Below are positions 1-12,589 of a DNA stretch of 64,000 nucleotides, piece by piece. The DNA is from Hemiscyllium ocellatum (Eukaryota). Position numbers and translations under genes: made by a program. Within the stretch, counting starts at the first letter, position 1; each line of letters opens with the position of its first letter. Where the stretch lies: positions 35,145,857 through 35,209,856 of the forward strand of contig NC_083407.1 in NCBI RefSeq assembly GCF_020745735.1. Reading direction: 5' to 3'. The notes under the pieces are model-generated. The model was not told the DNA's origin and searched no databases. It saw nothing but the letters and a program-made list of their open reading frames with translations.

Positions 1-80
1 TTAAGCTGACTGATCTATAGTTCGCTGGATATTTTCTAGCTCCATTCTTAAATATAGGAATAATGCTAACTATCCATGGT

Positions 81-389
81 GGGCGGCACGATGGCACAAT
101 GGTTAGCACTGCTGCCTCACAGCGCCTGAGACCCGGGTTCAATTCCCGCCTCAGGTGACTGACTGTGTGGAGTTTGCACGTTTTCCCCGTGTCTGCGTGG
201 GTTTCCTCCGGGTGCTCCGGTTTCCTCCCACAGTCCAAAGATGTGCGGGTCAGGTGAATTGGCCATGCTAAATTGCCAGTAGTGTTAGGTAAGGGGTAAA
301 TGTAGGGGTATGGGTGGGTTGCGCTTCGACGGGTCGATGTGGACTTGTTGGGCCGAAGGGCCTGTTTCCACACTGTAAGTAATCTAATC
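81..389 (+). mobile_element. HE1-type tRNA-derived V-SINE, young and full length
   Basis: A box (TGGCACAATGG), B box (GGTTCAATTCC), V-domain core GTCTGCGTGGGTTTCCTCCGGGTGCTCCGGTTTCCTCCCACAGTCCAAAGATGTGC, and a (TAATC)n tail. Near-identical to the copies at 27060 and 47733. Confidence 0.9.
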
Positions 390-929
390 AGTCCTCAGGA
401 ATGAAACTTTTTTTGTAATGAATTCTTAGATGTGTGGAAGTGAATGAGTAACAAGCTAACAAATTAGTGAATATTATGCTCCAACCTCTCCATTTCTCAG
501 GCTGTCTAATTCTTCTGTACTTATCATCCCCAGGGCCAGTTATTCTTAAGGGCTCATTGGTCTTCGATGAAGTGACATGTCCACATTTCCAATCTGTAAA
601 CCTAGCATTCAGAAATGGCCAGCTTTCTAGATAGACAAAAACCTCTTAAAATATTTATGCAGCAGGACCTCTAAATAAGCTTAATTTGAAATGAGAAATT
701 CTGACTTCTACCTTTGCTTCAAAAAAAATCAGTAATCTTGTTTCTAGAATCAGTCAACTTGTGACTTGAATGAGTGAAAATTTGAGAACATCAGGAACTG
801 TGGGGTGCCTGGAGCACATGAATTAACTGTGTCATTAGCAACAAGTGTTTGCTTGTCCCTAAAGAGTAGTTGTGTCACTGGCATGGTCCAAGAGCTACAT
901 GATAACTGTATCCTTTCTCATATAGTTTT

Positions 930-1170
930 AATCAACCTGTTCAAATTTGTCTTGACACACATCTTGAGCAGGTGAGATAGGATGTCAGACTTTTTGGCCC
1001 AGAGGTGGGGACATTTTGATACAACTACATATGCAACCCTCTATCTTTTTTCGGTATTTTCTCATCAAGTGTTCAGTAATACTGTTACACACTTCTGGAG
1101 CAGGTGGGACTTGAACACAGAACTGTTAACTCAAAGTAGGGACACTGCTACTGCACCATAGAAGAACTAT
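930..1170 (-). repeat. Two tandem tRNA-like SINE-head monomers, same family as the 12.6-13.9 kb array
   Basis: The reverse complement gives TGGTGCAGTAGCAGTGTCCCTAC...GTTCAAGTCCCACCTGCTCCAGAAGTGTGTAAC...TGAACAC/AGGTTGAT twice. Confidence 0.65.
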
Positions 1171-1504
1171 CACCTTGTCCTTTTTATATTACCTAAAATA
1201 TCTGTTGATAGTGTTCTTTGTAATTGTCCTAGTTGAGGTTCAAAAAGAATGTTGAAACAATTTTATTGCAATAGGCAAAACTTTGCTTTAGCAGAGCATC
1301 TAAAAGCATTTGCTGAGTACAAACTCATAACAGTGTCACGTGAAAAACAAGGCAATAGCAATGTGAGTTGACAGGGAAAACAACACAGAAAAAAAGGTGC
1401 TACTTTTAAACTTTCTTCAAAAATCTCAGGGTCTGAAGGACTGAGACAATCCATGAAATAATTATTTTCAGTAGCGATGAGACTTATCAACAGTACTTAA
1501 TAAC

Positions 1505-2185
1505 TTCTGGGTGTTCAGGTCCATTGTTCCCTGAGAATAGCAATGCAGGTTATAGGAGTGGTCAAGAAGGCATACGGCATGCTTTCCTTCATCAAATGCA
1601 AGAGTTGGCAGGTCATGTTACAGTTTTATAAGACTTTGGTTTGGCCACATTTGAAATACTGCGTACAGTTCTGGTCGCCACATTACCAAAAGGATGTGGA
1701 TGCTTTGGAGAGGGTACAGAGGAGGTTCACCAGGATGCTGCCTGGTATGGAGGGTGCTAGCTATGAGAAGAGGTTGAGTAGATTAGGATTATTTTCATTG
1801 GAAAGAAGAAGGTTGACTGGGGACCTGATTGAGGCCTACAAAATCATGAGAGGTGTAGACAGGGTTGACAGCAAGAAACTTTTTCCCAGAGTTGAGGATT
1901 CATTATTAAGGGTCACAAGTTCAAAGTGAGGGGGAGAAAAGTTTAAGATAGATATACGTGGAAAGTTCTCACGCAGACAGCAGTGGGTGCCTGAAATGCA
2001 TTGCAAGTGGTGGTAGGGGTGGTAACGATAGCGTCATTTAAGATGTATCCAAACAGATACATGGATGGGCAGGGAGCAAAGGGATACAGATCCTTAGAAA
2101 ATAGGAGGCAGGTTTAGATAGAGAATCTGGATCAGCTCAGGCTTGGAGAGCTGACAGGCCTGTAAGGTTCTTTGGTCTTTGTTTA
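1505..2185 (+). mobile_element. CR1-clade (HER1-like) LINE 3' fragment
   Basis: ORF 1543-1929 has YKTLVWPHLKYCVQFWSP...LERVQRRFTRM...LFSLERRRL (CR1 ORF2 C-terminus), followed by the 3' UTR. Confidence 0.9.
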
Positions 2186-2529
2186 TGTTCATGTTGTTAA
2201 ATTAATGCATAAGCTTAATCGAAATATGGTATTTGTTTGCATATCCTATACAAATATATCAACTTTATGATCCTAAATACGCATCACTGATGAGTTGGTG
2301 CAACAAATGGCAGAGAGATACAATTCTGATAGAAACATTTGGATATTCATATGTAAATATGCTTTGATTCCATGTGTATATAAATAATGGCAAGAGCTAT
2401 CGGCATTTCTGTTACTTTGATAATGAATTCTGATCCATCACTCTTACTGCTGCATTCCAATAATATTCATGCCTTACCTTTGTGTTTTTCCTTAAGTCAA
2501 ATAGTTTGACCCTTCTTTTCATTCAGGTA

Positions 2530-4560
2530 TTTGAAACATTCGGCCATTTGGCCAATGGTATCTGTGCTAGCCCACAGAACATATAACACTTCTGTAATCC
2601 TTTTCAGGCTATGATACAGCTCTCTTTTGAAAGGCTCAATTGACTTAGCCTCCATCACATTCTCAAGCAGTGTGTTTCAGATCCTGCTCATTCATTTTCC
2701 TCATGTCATATTGTTTCTGTTGGTAATGACTTTTAATTTTTGTCTCTGGTTTTCAATCCTTCCACCTATTGAAACATCTTCTTGTTATCTACTCTGTTCA
2801 AACCTCTCATGATTTTGAATACCTCTGTCAAGTCTCTCCTCAATCTTCTCTCATCAAAGAAGAACAGCCCAAATTGCTCCAGTCTTTCCATCTCATTGAA
2901 GCTCTTCAATTCACTGGAATCATTCATGCAAATTTTTATTGCATCTTTTCTATTGTCTTCATGTCCTTCAGAAAGTATGGTACTCTTAACTCCAGTTAAG
3001 GCTGAACCAGTGTTTTATACAGATTGAGTGCAACTATCTCGCTTTTGTACTTTTGTATCATAATTTACAAAGCCAGAAATGCCATATGCTTTATGATCAA
3101 GGCGCCCTGTTACTTGCAGTAGCACATGCAAACATATACAGATTATTGATTACTGCAAGAATGAAAAAAAATCAGGGATATACAGAGATGTGGAGTTGAA
3201 GTTGAAATCAGATCAGCCATGATTTTATTAAATGGCAGAGCAGGCTTGAATGTCAGAATGGCCTAGTTCATGTGCAGCCAGGTCCCTCTGTTAGTGCACC
3301 CACTTTAGAACTGAACTCTTTGGTTTTCGTTGTTTTTCTGTACTCATCCAAATAGATTTAATGACCTCACATTTTGTTGCATCATATTTTATCTGTCCCT
3401 TTCCCATCAATTCTACCAACCTGTCCTTATCTGTTTAAAATTCCTCCTCATGATTGGTACAAACTTTAAAGGTTTTATTAAACTCTTGAATTTTGCATTT
3501 GCGTCCTTTGCACCATGATCTCAGTGATTAATATATATCAGGAAAAACATTGGTATTGATCGTTCTGCTATAAGGCACGTTTCATTAATGCAAATTCGCA
3601 GTAACAACTGAAAAATTGAACACTGTTTCTTAAGCATGAACTTTTAAAACAAGTGTTGGCTGGAACGCGATTATATCGCCAACACTTTAAGCTCTGTTTC
3701 AAAAATGAGAATTTTCTCGAATGCAGGGTTGCACAAGAACACAACCATTGCATTTTAGAAGAACTACCTGTACTTGGATGCTTCCATTTCCAATCCAGAA
3801 AAACAACCATTCACCAAATTCTTTCTTTTTAACTGTCACTCAACCAATTTCATATCCATGTTGCTTCTGTTAATTAGTCTGTCATGAGTTCTAACTTTGC
3901 TCATAAGTTTGTTTGTAACACTCCATTGAATGCCTTTGAAGTCAACATTCAACACATCAATAGCATTGCCGCGTCTTGTTTTTACGACATGGAAAACTCA
4001 ACCAAATTAGCCAAGCATGACTTGACTTTATCAAATCCATGTTGGCTTTCCTTAATTAATCTGGATTTTCCCAAGTGACTATTAATTTTCTTCAGAATTA
4101 TTAATTGCAAAACCTTCACCTCCATCAAAGTTGCAATGATTGACCAATAGATACTGGACTTATCTTTTGACCCATTTTTAAACAAGTGTGCAATTCTTCA
4201 GTCCTCCAGCACGATGCCAGATGCTGGCAGGTGGGACTAGATTGGGTTGGGATATCTGGTTGGCATGGACTAGTAGACCAAAGGGTCTGTTTCCGTGCTG
4301 TTCATCTCTTTGACTCCTAATTTAAAGGAGGATTAGAAAATTATGGATCTTGCATCCACCATTTTACTTCCCTCAGTGTTCTTGAATACTTCTCATCTGA
4401 GCCTGATCCCTTATAAATTTGAAGTTCAGACAGCTAATTTAGTATTTCCTGTTTATTCCATTTGTTCATTTTGAATATCTTAACTAATTTTGCTTTCTCC
4501 ATGCCCTGAATGGCATATTTTTCTTGATAAAGACAGATGCAAAGCAATCAATTAATACCA
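2530..4560 (-). mobile_element. Old degenerate CR1 LINE (RT region), interrupted by a MITE and short CR1 tails
   Basis: Minus ORF 3982-4185 contains LIKESQHGFDKVKSCLANLVEF. Short + strand CR1 3' tails lie at about 3180-3270 and 4218-4318. Confidence 0.7.
3554..3772. mobile_element. Tc1/mariner-type (pogo/Tigger-like) MITE
   Basis: Imperfect terminal inverted repeats: left TATTGATCGTTCTGCTATAAGGCA versus reverse complement of the right end TACAGGTAGTTCTTCTAAAATGCA. TA at both ends; non-coding; interrupts a CR1 fragment. Confidence 0.55.
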
Positions 4561-5360
4561 CAGCAGTGTTCCCAAACTCCATATTTTAATCCCTGTTTTG
4601 GTCCCTAATTGGTCTGAACTCTTAGCAATTTTTTGCGATAAGAGAAGATCTTTGGATTCTTTTTAATGTTAATTACTCATCTCTTCTCAAATTCCCTTTT
4701 TTTCCCCTCATACTTGCTTTTTTCAATTCTCCTCTGAAGTCATAAATAATTGGTTTACTTCTCAATTGTATTGTCCACTTGATGCCTCATATGAGCAAAT
4801 GTTTTCTTTTTCCTCACAATCTCTATCTCTCTCACAATCTCAATCTCTAGGTCTCATCCAGCGACCTATGAATTTGTTTGGCCTGTCATTCCTTCTAATC
4901 AGAATATATATCTTCAACTTGCTTGAAATCTTTACTCTGCAAAGGCAGACCATTGTACAGTTACAGTTTTACTTGCTAATCTTTAATTTCAATGAGTTTA
5001 CTCCTGCAGTGAAACTATTTTTTTTGGTCCTTCATTATGGATTTTGCAAAGAATCTTTTGAAATTATATTATTTTCTGTCATAAAAGTTCAGTGAGCTTT
5101 CTGGTATTTGTACTGGTTGTGGCTCATTTACTGCTTGTGAATGCTTCCTTAAAAAAATGCTCACTGTTAAACATTTCTGTCTTTTGTTTTGACTTAGCTG
5201 AGTTTTTTTTTAATCTCAGTAATAAATATTACTAAAAAAATTTGGATTCAGGCCAAGAAATACCTGTAAGAATACACAGGTAGGTCAGTCTGAAAAATGA
5301 TTGCTGTTATGTTATGGTCTTACACTGGGATATTTATATGCATGGGTCAACTTTGAAGTC

Positions 5361-5566
5361 GAACATAGAACATAGAACATAGAAGGATACAGCGCAGTAC
5401 AGGCCCTTCGGCCCTCGATGTTGCGCCGACCGAATCCTACCTAACCTATACTAGCCCAATAACTTCCAAATGCCTATCCAATGCCCGCTTAAATGACCAT
5501 AAAGAAGGAGAGTTCACCACTGATACGGGCAGGGCATTCCATGAACTCACAACCCGCTGTGTGAAG
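5361..5566 (-). mobile_element. CR1/HER1 LINE 3' end with (TTCTATG)n tail
   Basis: (GAACATA)3 followed by CAGGCCCTTCGGCCC; same tail type as the LINE at 56820. Confidence 0.85.
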
Positions 5567-5570
5567 ATGT

Positions 5571-6342
5571 TGAACATGTGTTGCTGGTTAAAGCACAGCA
5601 GGTCAGGCAGCATCCAAGGAATAGGAAATTTGACGTTTCGGGCATAAGCCCTTCATCAGCAATGAGGAGAGGGTGCCAGGCAGGCTAAGATAAAAGGTAG
5701 GGAGGAGGGACTTGGGGGAGGGGCGATGGAGATGTGATAGGTGGAAGGAGGTCAAGGTGAGGGTGATAGACTGGAGTGGGGTGGGGGTGGAGAGGTTAGG
5801 AAGAAGATTGCAGGTTAGGAGGGCAGTGCTGAGTTGAGGGAACCGACTGAGACAAGGTGGGGGGAGGGGAAATGAGGAAACTGGAGAAATCTGAGTTCAT
5901 CCCTTGTGGTTGGAGGGTTCTCAGGCAGAAGATGAGGCGCTCTTCCTCCAACCGTCGTGTTGTTATGTTTTGCCGGTGGAGGGGTCCAAGGACCTGCATG
6001 TCCTCGGTGGAGTGGGAGGGAGGGTTAAAGTGTTGAGCCACGGGGTGGTTGGGTTGGTTGGTCCGGGCGTCCCTGAGGTGTTCTCTGAAGCGTTCCGCAA
6101 GTAGGCGGCCCGTCTCCCCAATGTAGAGGAGGCCACATCGAGTGCAGCGGATGCAATAGATGATGTGTGTGGAGGTACAGGTGAACCTGTGGTGGATATG
6201 GAAGGATCCCTTGGGGCCTTGGAGGGAAGTGAGAGAGGAGGTGTGGGCGCAAGTTTTACATTTCCTGCGGTTGCAGGGGAAGGTGCCGGGAGTGAAGGTT
6301 GGGTTGGTGGGGGGTGTGGACCTGACGAGGGTTGGTGGGGGG
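5571..6342 (-). mobile_element. Penelope-like element family A, 5'-truncated (GIY-YIG + pLTR)
   Basis: Minus ORF 5796-6041 (AQHFNPPSHSTEDMQVLG...RRLEEERLIF...QPQGMN) is collinear with the ORF at 53786-54601. Confidence 0.92.
5628..5663 (-). ncRNA. Minimal type-I hammerhead ribozyme (family A); core intact, stem I weakened
   Basis: Reverse complement: attg-CTGATGA-A-GGGC-ttat-GCCC-GAAAC-GTC-aaat. Confidence 0.75.
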
Positions 6343-7599
6343 TTTGAAGTCAGTCACTAAAATACAGCTCTTAATCTGAATAAACATCTCATTGTATCAA
6401 ACTGCTATCTGAAGTTTTCTGAATGCAATGTTACTACTGAAATATTTTCTGTTCCTTAATGACTGTAATAGGCATCTCCATGGGTATAAGATTAGAAAGA
6501 GTTTAGAGGGACATGGGCCATGTTCCGACAAATGGGATTAGATTAGGTTAGGGTATCTGGTCAGTATGGATGAATTGGACCGAAAGGTTTGTTGCAGTCA
6601 GCCGTGAACCATTTTCACTCTCAGCTGACCTCACAGAAAACATCTCACAAAAATTTAGCAGTCTCTGCAGCACAAGTTTCCAATGTGCTGACATCAGTTT
6701 ATATTCAGGCCAAGATAAGGGGATTTGAAACTGTACAGCAGCAGTGTTCTCACCAATCAGCCAATTGTTTTGAAAAATCTCAGGAAAGAACAAGTCAGGG
6801 AGCCTTCTTAAAAAAATAATCTTTGTTGCTCCTTTCCTTTAAAGTTTCAGACAGCAAAATAACTTATTATGATTTGCTTAAGATTAACATTAGCATTAAA
6901 TACTTATTTTAAAAAAAAACATCGTTCCGAGACCAATGAGGGTGTTTATCGGTGATTATGAAATTATTACCTGACTAAAAACCTAGTTACACCTCATTCC
7001 ACAAGATTCACTTCCACTTTCCAAAGACTTTTGTTTTGACAGCAAGAGTTATCAATATAAAAATGGAATTTCTCAACAGTTCAATGTTTTCTTATTGATT
7101 GTAGTCTGCGTAGCTTTGAACTGTGCGAGTCACTTAGAAAATTGAGTACACTGCTAGATCCAAATGCTTTTGGATTTCTATATTCTTTTGTGCATTTGTG
7201 GATTCACAGAGTTGTTGTCATGATCAGTGGAGTATGGCAGTGACATCAATCAGTACTGATGCTGGACCTATCATTTTGGTTTTTGACACTATCCTTAACC
7301 ATCTTTTCAGAAACACACAGCTGAACATGCATTCATCTGCACAATGGACCTCCTACTCTTACAAACGTTAAAATTGCAAGTTAGATTATGTTGACTATCT
7401 ACTTGCTGCCGCAGTGTGTGGAAGTGCTGTTTTGTTGGAGGAGCTGTGGGAAGCTGTTCAGGTCAGAAGGGAGCATGCTGGACCCTTGGATGGAGTTATG
7501 AGGTTTTTTTTTAAAGACTTCAGGAGGCCAGTTTCTCTCAGTTTTGGCATTTATAGATGCAGTCACCCTTTAGCTGCAGTATCTGAGAAAAAATTGAGC

Positions 7600-7895
7600 A
7601 GTAACCACTTCCAGCTAGAAGGACAAGGGCAGCAGATATATAGAAAGACCACCACCTGCAAGTTCCTCTCCAAGCCAGTCACCATCCTGACTTGGAAATA
7701 TATCATTGTTCCTTCACTGTCACTGGATAAAAATCCTGGAATTCTTTCCTGGAGAGCATTGTGGGTCAACCCAAAGCCAAGTGGACTACAGCAGCTCAAG
7801 ATGGCAGCTCACCACTATCTTCTCAAGGACAACTAGGGATGGGAAATAGATACTGGCCAGGCAGAAACAACCATGTCCCACAAGTGAATAATAAC
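7600..7895 (+). mobile_element. LINE 3' end sharing its tail with the Deu-domain SINEs
   Basis: Collinear with 48990-49270 and with the reverse complement of 11430-11730. Ends CAACTAGGGATGGGAAATAGATACTGGCC...GTGAATAA. Confidence 0.75.
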
Positions 7896-8765
7896 AAAAC
7901 AAAAACAGCAAGGAAGAACAAGCTGTTGATAAAGGGAGGAAGAGGTACAGTCACAACAGAAGGTCTTACAAAGTCAGGTCTACTGGGAGCACTTCTACTG
8001 CACCTCAGCCAGGCGCAGAACATACAGATGCTGTGTCACCAAGAACAGGATACATCCTCAAGCAAACCTGTAACTTGACAGCATGTGAGGATAGTATTGT
8101 CAATGGCAATCAAGAAGATCATGACCCTTAATTTCTACCCTTTGGATCCTTTGACAGTAGAGCAAGCAATATCATTAACATATTGCTGTTTTCCATCTAT
8201 TGTTCTATCCAGGGTGTCACAGAAGTTCTGTTTAGCAGAGGAGAGCTGTCAGTGTCTTCTCTCTAAATAGAAAGACGAGTGACGAACAGGCTCTAGCTTT
8301 GCATACAAATAACAGGTTTCCCCATCAACTACGTACACGAGGCCTTGTGAATGTTGGACGTCAATAAGAGTGTGTACTGACACCTCAGAGTACCATTCAC
8401 TCAAGGTGTAGGTGATGTGTATGCCTAGAACATCATATGTTTGCTTTCCTGATAGTGCCATAGTGTTGAGACAGAGAGTGGGTGACTGACAACAAATGCT
8501 ATCCAGTGTACATGTGAATGATGACCTGCTTCCTTCACCTGTAACAAGTATCACTGCATTATCCTGAAGCAACTGTTCCATTGCCTGAACCACAATACAA
8601 CTTGTCTCACGATTTATAGGAATATGCTGCATCCTCCACAATCTGGCCATCATAAGGGCAGAGTGCTTACCATCACAATTTCAATGGCCACATTGAGAGG
8701 AGGTGGAAAAGGGAAAGGGGGAAAGTTGGCACATCCCATGGACAGCTTGTCCATGGACATATCAC

Positions 8766-9257
8766 AGCTGAAAATGTGTTGCTGGTTAAAGCACAGCAGG
8801 TTAGGCAGCATCTCAGGAATAGGGAATTCGACGTTTCGAGCATAAGCCCTTCATCAGGAATGAGAGAGAGTAGCCAAGCAGGCTAAGATAAAAGGTAGGG
8901 AGGAGGGACTTGGGGGAGGGGCGATGGAGGTGGGATAGGTGGAAGGAGGTCAAGGTGAGAGTGATAGGCCGGAGTGGGGTGGGGGCGGAGAGGTCAGTAA
9001 GGAGATTGCAGCTTAGGAGGGCGGTGCTGAGTTGAGGGAACCGACTGAGACAAGGTGGGGGGGAGGGGAAATGAGGAAACTGGAGAAATCTGAATTCATA
9101 CCTTGTGGTTGGAGGGTTCCCAGGCGGAAGATGAGGCGCTCCTCCTCCAGCCGTCATGTTGTTATGTTCTGCCGGTGGAGGAGTCCAAGGACCTGCATGT
9201 CCTCGGTGGAGTGGGAGGGAGAGTTAAAGTGTTGAGCCACGGGGTGATTGGGTTGGT
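8766..9257 (-). mobile_element. Penelope-like element family A, 5'-truncated
   Basis: Near-identical to the reverse complement of 54340-54830. Imperfect flanking repeat CATATCA(A)CAG at 8758 and 9258. Confidence 0.92.
8826..8861 (-). ncRNA. Minimal type-I hammerhead ribozyme (family A), intact
   Basis: Reverse complement: ATTC-CTGATGA-A-GGGC-ttat-GCTC-GAAAC-GTC-GAAT. Stem I is ATTC/GAAT, stem III is the palindrome ACGT, and the cleavage triplet is GUC. Confidence 0.85.
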
Positions 9258-10460
9258 CATATCAACAGACTCTGGTTTCCCTGAATAAATCCTTGGCTCC
9301 TTGTTCCTTTTCTGAGTTGCAGGACACCGCATCAGTGTCTTGGTCACAATCAAGATTTGGTTTATTCAAGAATTCTTTCAATTATATATAAAATATTCTA
9401 TTATTCACCTTTGTGTGTCCTATCAATACCTGTCATGTGGATGCATTTGTCTGATCTCGTGGTTTTCCCGAGTGCTGCCACAATTACTGCAATCAGTGGA
9501 AGATGGGAGAAAATAGCTAATGCCATTATAGAATGACTTAGAGCAATTTGGAACCTTGAGGATCCAGCTTTGGACTGCATCACATTAATGTGAGAGGCAA
9601 CAGTTTGGGCTGATTGTTGATAGGTAGAAAAGTGCCAGTGCTGAGAATATGGTTGTTATCATACTGAGAAGCAGCAGCAGGTTTTTGTAGAACAGAGTCA
9701 TAGCCCTGGGAGGAAACTTAACAGTGCAACTACTGGAGGACAAATTGCTGAACTTCAGTCAGAGTTTGTAAGTCCATACCAGCACTGTAACCTGCAGTGC
9801 TTCTGACAGTGTGATAGCAGCAGTCTGAGTCTGCGTGGCAGCAAGCTAGGGTTGTGAGACAACAAGCCGTGATCTTTTCACTTCAGCATGAGCTCACACT
9901 GCAACACTCCCAGGTTGTGTGGCTTCTGCCAGGCTGTAATGGAGGCAGGGACAACGACTTGATCCAGAATTGTTGTCATCAAGCTGACCAGCACCTTCAC
10001 CCAGAAAAGAATGAGCTCTAAAACTCTACATGGAGCCAGAGACCTCCATTCTCTTTGACACTGCTAGCTTGTGCTCAGATGAACCTTCCAATTTGCACAA
10101 AGAATTTCTATCAGCCTGACAGCAGAACTCTTTTCTGATTTTGAATTCCTGGAACTATCGTCTGCAGAACAACTGGAACTGATTAGAATCCACGCATGCC
10201 TAATGATTCACAGATAATGATCCTGTCTGTTTACAAGCCAACCCTGTCACATATAAACAATACCAATATTTAAACTGATAACTACACTTACCTGACCAAG
10301 TAATGCTGTTTTTTTTCCCTTGGAAGTATGTTCCTGTTCTGGTTCTTTGTTCTGCAACACCAGCATTGTTTAGGCTATAGTCATTGAGTGAGATGAGGCA
10401 ATGCAGCAGTGAATAGAAAGCAACAGGAGCAGGATTACAGCATCTACAGTGTTTACATCA

Positions 10461-10758
10461 TTGTTGTGGTTCTGTTCGCCAAGCTGGGAATTTGTGGCTG
10501 CAGACGTTTCGTCCCCTGTCTAGGTGACATCCTCAATGCTTGGGAGCCTCCTGTGAAGCGCTTCTGTGATGTTTCCTCCAGCTATAGTGGTTTGAATCTG
10601 CCGCTTCCGGTTGTCAGTTCCAGCTGTCCACTGTGGTGGCCGGTATATTGGGTCCAGGTCAACGTGCTTGTTGATTGAATCTGCGGATGAGTGCCATGCC
10701 TCTAAGAATTCCCTGGTTGTTCCCTATTTGGCTTGTCCTATAATAGTTGTGTTGTCCC
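10461..10758 (-). mobile_element. Penelope-like element family B, 3' fragment
   Basis: Reverse complement is collinear with 16545-16848. Possible 6-bp flanking repeat CATCAT at 10456 and 10758. Confidence 0.85.
10500..10539 (-). ncRNA. Hammerhead ribozyme (family B) with a C3U core change
   Basis: Reverse complement: GCA-tTGAGGA-T-GTCaCCT-agac-AGGgGAC-GAAAC-GTC-TGC. Confidence 0.7.
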
Positions 10759-11419
10759 ATCATATTGAATTGTTGGAAGAGGGTGAAGTAAGATTTGAGA
10801 ATGTGCATATGGCAGGAACATTCAACATCCTAGATATCTTCAGTGATATTGCTTGCCACAGCTTCAATGACAGTGATACCAATATTACAAACACCATCTT
10901 CTTCAGTAGGGTGAAGATGTGCAACCATATTTGTTTTCACTTATGTATTGTTGCTGTCACCTTGTTTAGCACAAAATAGGTGAAAATGTCAGTCTGTTCA
11001 AAGAGTATGTAATTATGACCTAGTAATGAAGGATTTTTTTGACCCCTCCTCAATTGATCGCAATATTCTTATTTTCATTTTATTGCCACATAACTTTAAC
11101 ACTTCATCAAAGATTAGTTAACAAGTCAAATTGAAGTTTCCACTCGCAAAAATGTTTTTTGAATGCAATAAAGAGCAATTTCATTACCTACCAGCACCAG
11201 GAAAAATAATAAATGCACCTCATTAAAAATGCAGACTCTAAAAATGTAAACGCAGGTCATAAGTTTAAAAAGGACCAGTATCTGCTTGGGACAGAAAGAA
11301 TAAAGCATCCAGAGATTAAAAGTCCTTAGAGTCTTTGAGGTGTGATCACTTGAAATCACAATTGTTTAATTGGTGACTGGTATTCTCAATAGTGTTAAAA
11401 TTTTTGAGTTTGAGATGTA

Positions 11420-12330
11420 TTTTTGAAAAAGTTTATTCGTCGGTGATACTCATTAGGCCAGCATTTATTGCCTATCCGTAGTTGCCCTTGAGAAGGTGGT
11501 TGTGAGCTGTTTTTTTTAATCACTGCAGTCCATTTGATGTAGGTATGCCCATAATGCTGTTGGGGGAAGGGGGTGGAGGTGTGTGGTGTTCTAGGATTTT
11601 GGTCCAGTGACATTGAAAGAATGGAAATACATTTCCAAGTTTGATGGTGAATGTCTTGGAGGGAGACCTGCAGATGGTGGTGTTCCCATATATTTGTTGT
11701 CTTTGTCCTTCTAGATAGTAATGATTGTAAGTTTGGAAGCTGCTGTCTCAGAATACTCGAAGAATTTTTGCAGTGCATCTTGTAGATCCAACACTGTGAT
11801 GCTCCTGGGTATTAGTAATGGAGGGATTAAATATTTGAATGATTGAATGTGATGCCAATCCAGCAGCTTACTCTGACTTGGCTGATGTCAAGTTTCTTGA
11901 ATGTTGTTGGAACTGTGTTCATGCAAGTCGGGAGTATTGGATCACATTTCTGATGTGTGATTTCGATAGAAGACATGCTTTGGGAACTCAAGAGGAAAGT
12001 TAGTCACTGCAGGACTCTCAGCTTCAAACTGCATTTGCAGCCTCAGTAATTGTATCATTAGTCCATTTAGTTTCTGCTTAATGGTAATTCCCTGGATAGT
12101 GGAAAATTCATTGATTGTAATATCAGTGAATATCAAAAAGAGAGAGTTAGATCCTTTCTTGTTGGAGGTGAGCAATGCCTGGTACTTATGTGGCATGAAT
12201 GCATTTTGCCATTTATCAATCCAAGCCTGAATCTTAACCTGGTCCCAATACGTGAAGACATGGAGTGTTTCAGTATCTCAGGAATAACAAATTGTACCGA
12301 TTATAGTATCATTAACAAAGATCGTCACTA
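11420..12330 (-). mobile_element. Degenerate LINE 3' region, same family as 47430-49270
   Basis: Reverse complement is collinear with 48180-49270 and ends with the GGGCAACTACGGATAGGCAATAAATGCTGGCC tail. Confidence 0.75.
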
Positions 12331-12589
12331 CTGTCCTTATAATGGAGAGAAACCATTTTTCTCATTTGTTTCGTTATCAAAAATAGATATTTGGGGTCCA
12401 TGCCTGAAAGAGGAATTTGGGCTTTTCATTTGCAAATGTAAATTACCTGTACTTTTTTTGAAATATCCTCTATAATATTAGTTTGGAGTGAGGCAATATA
12501 TAGCACCTGTTTTGAGGTCATTCAGATCTACTTAAAGTTCTGAAAGGGACAGCTGCAAGTTGTTGCCAAAAAAGTGATATCCTATGAAA

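Noticed and set aside
7380-9600. Possible PIF/Harbinger remnants (Myb-like LEELWEAVQVRRE..PLDG at about 7430; similar GC-richer tracts at 22.2-24.7 kb)
   Set aside because: Too degenerate: no TIRs, TSD or DDE motif could be established by eye.
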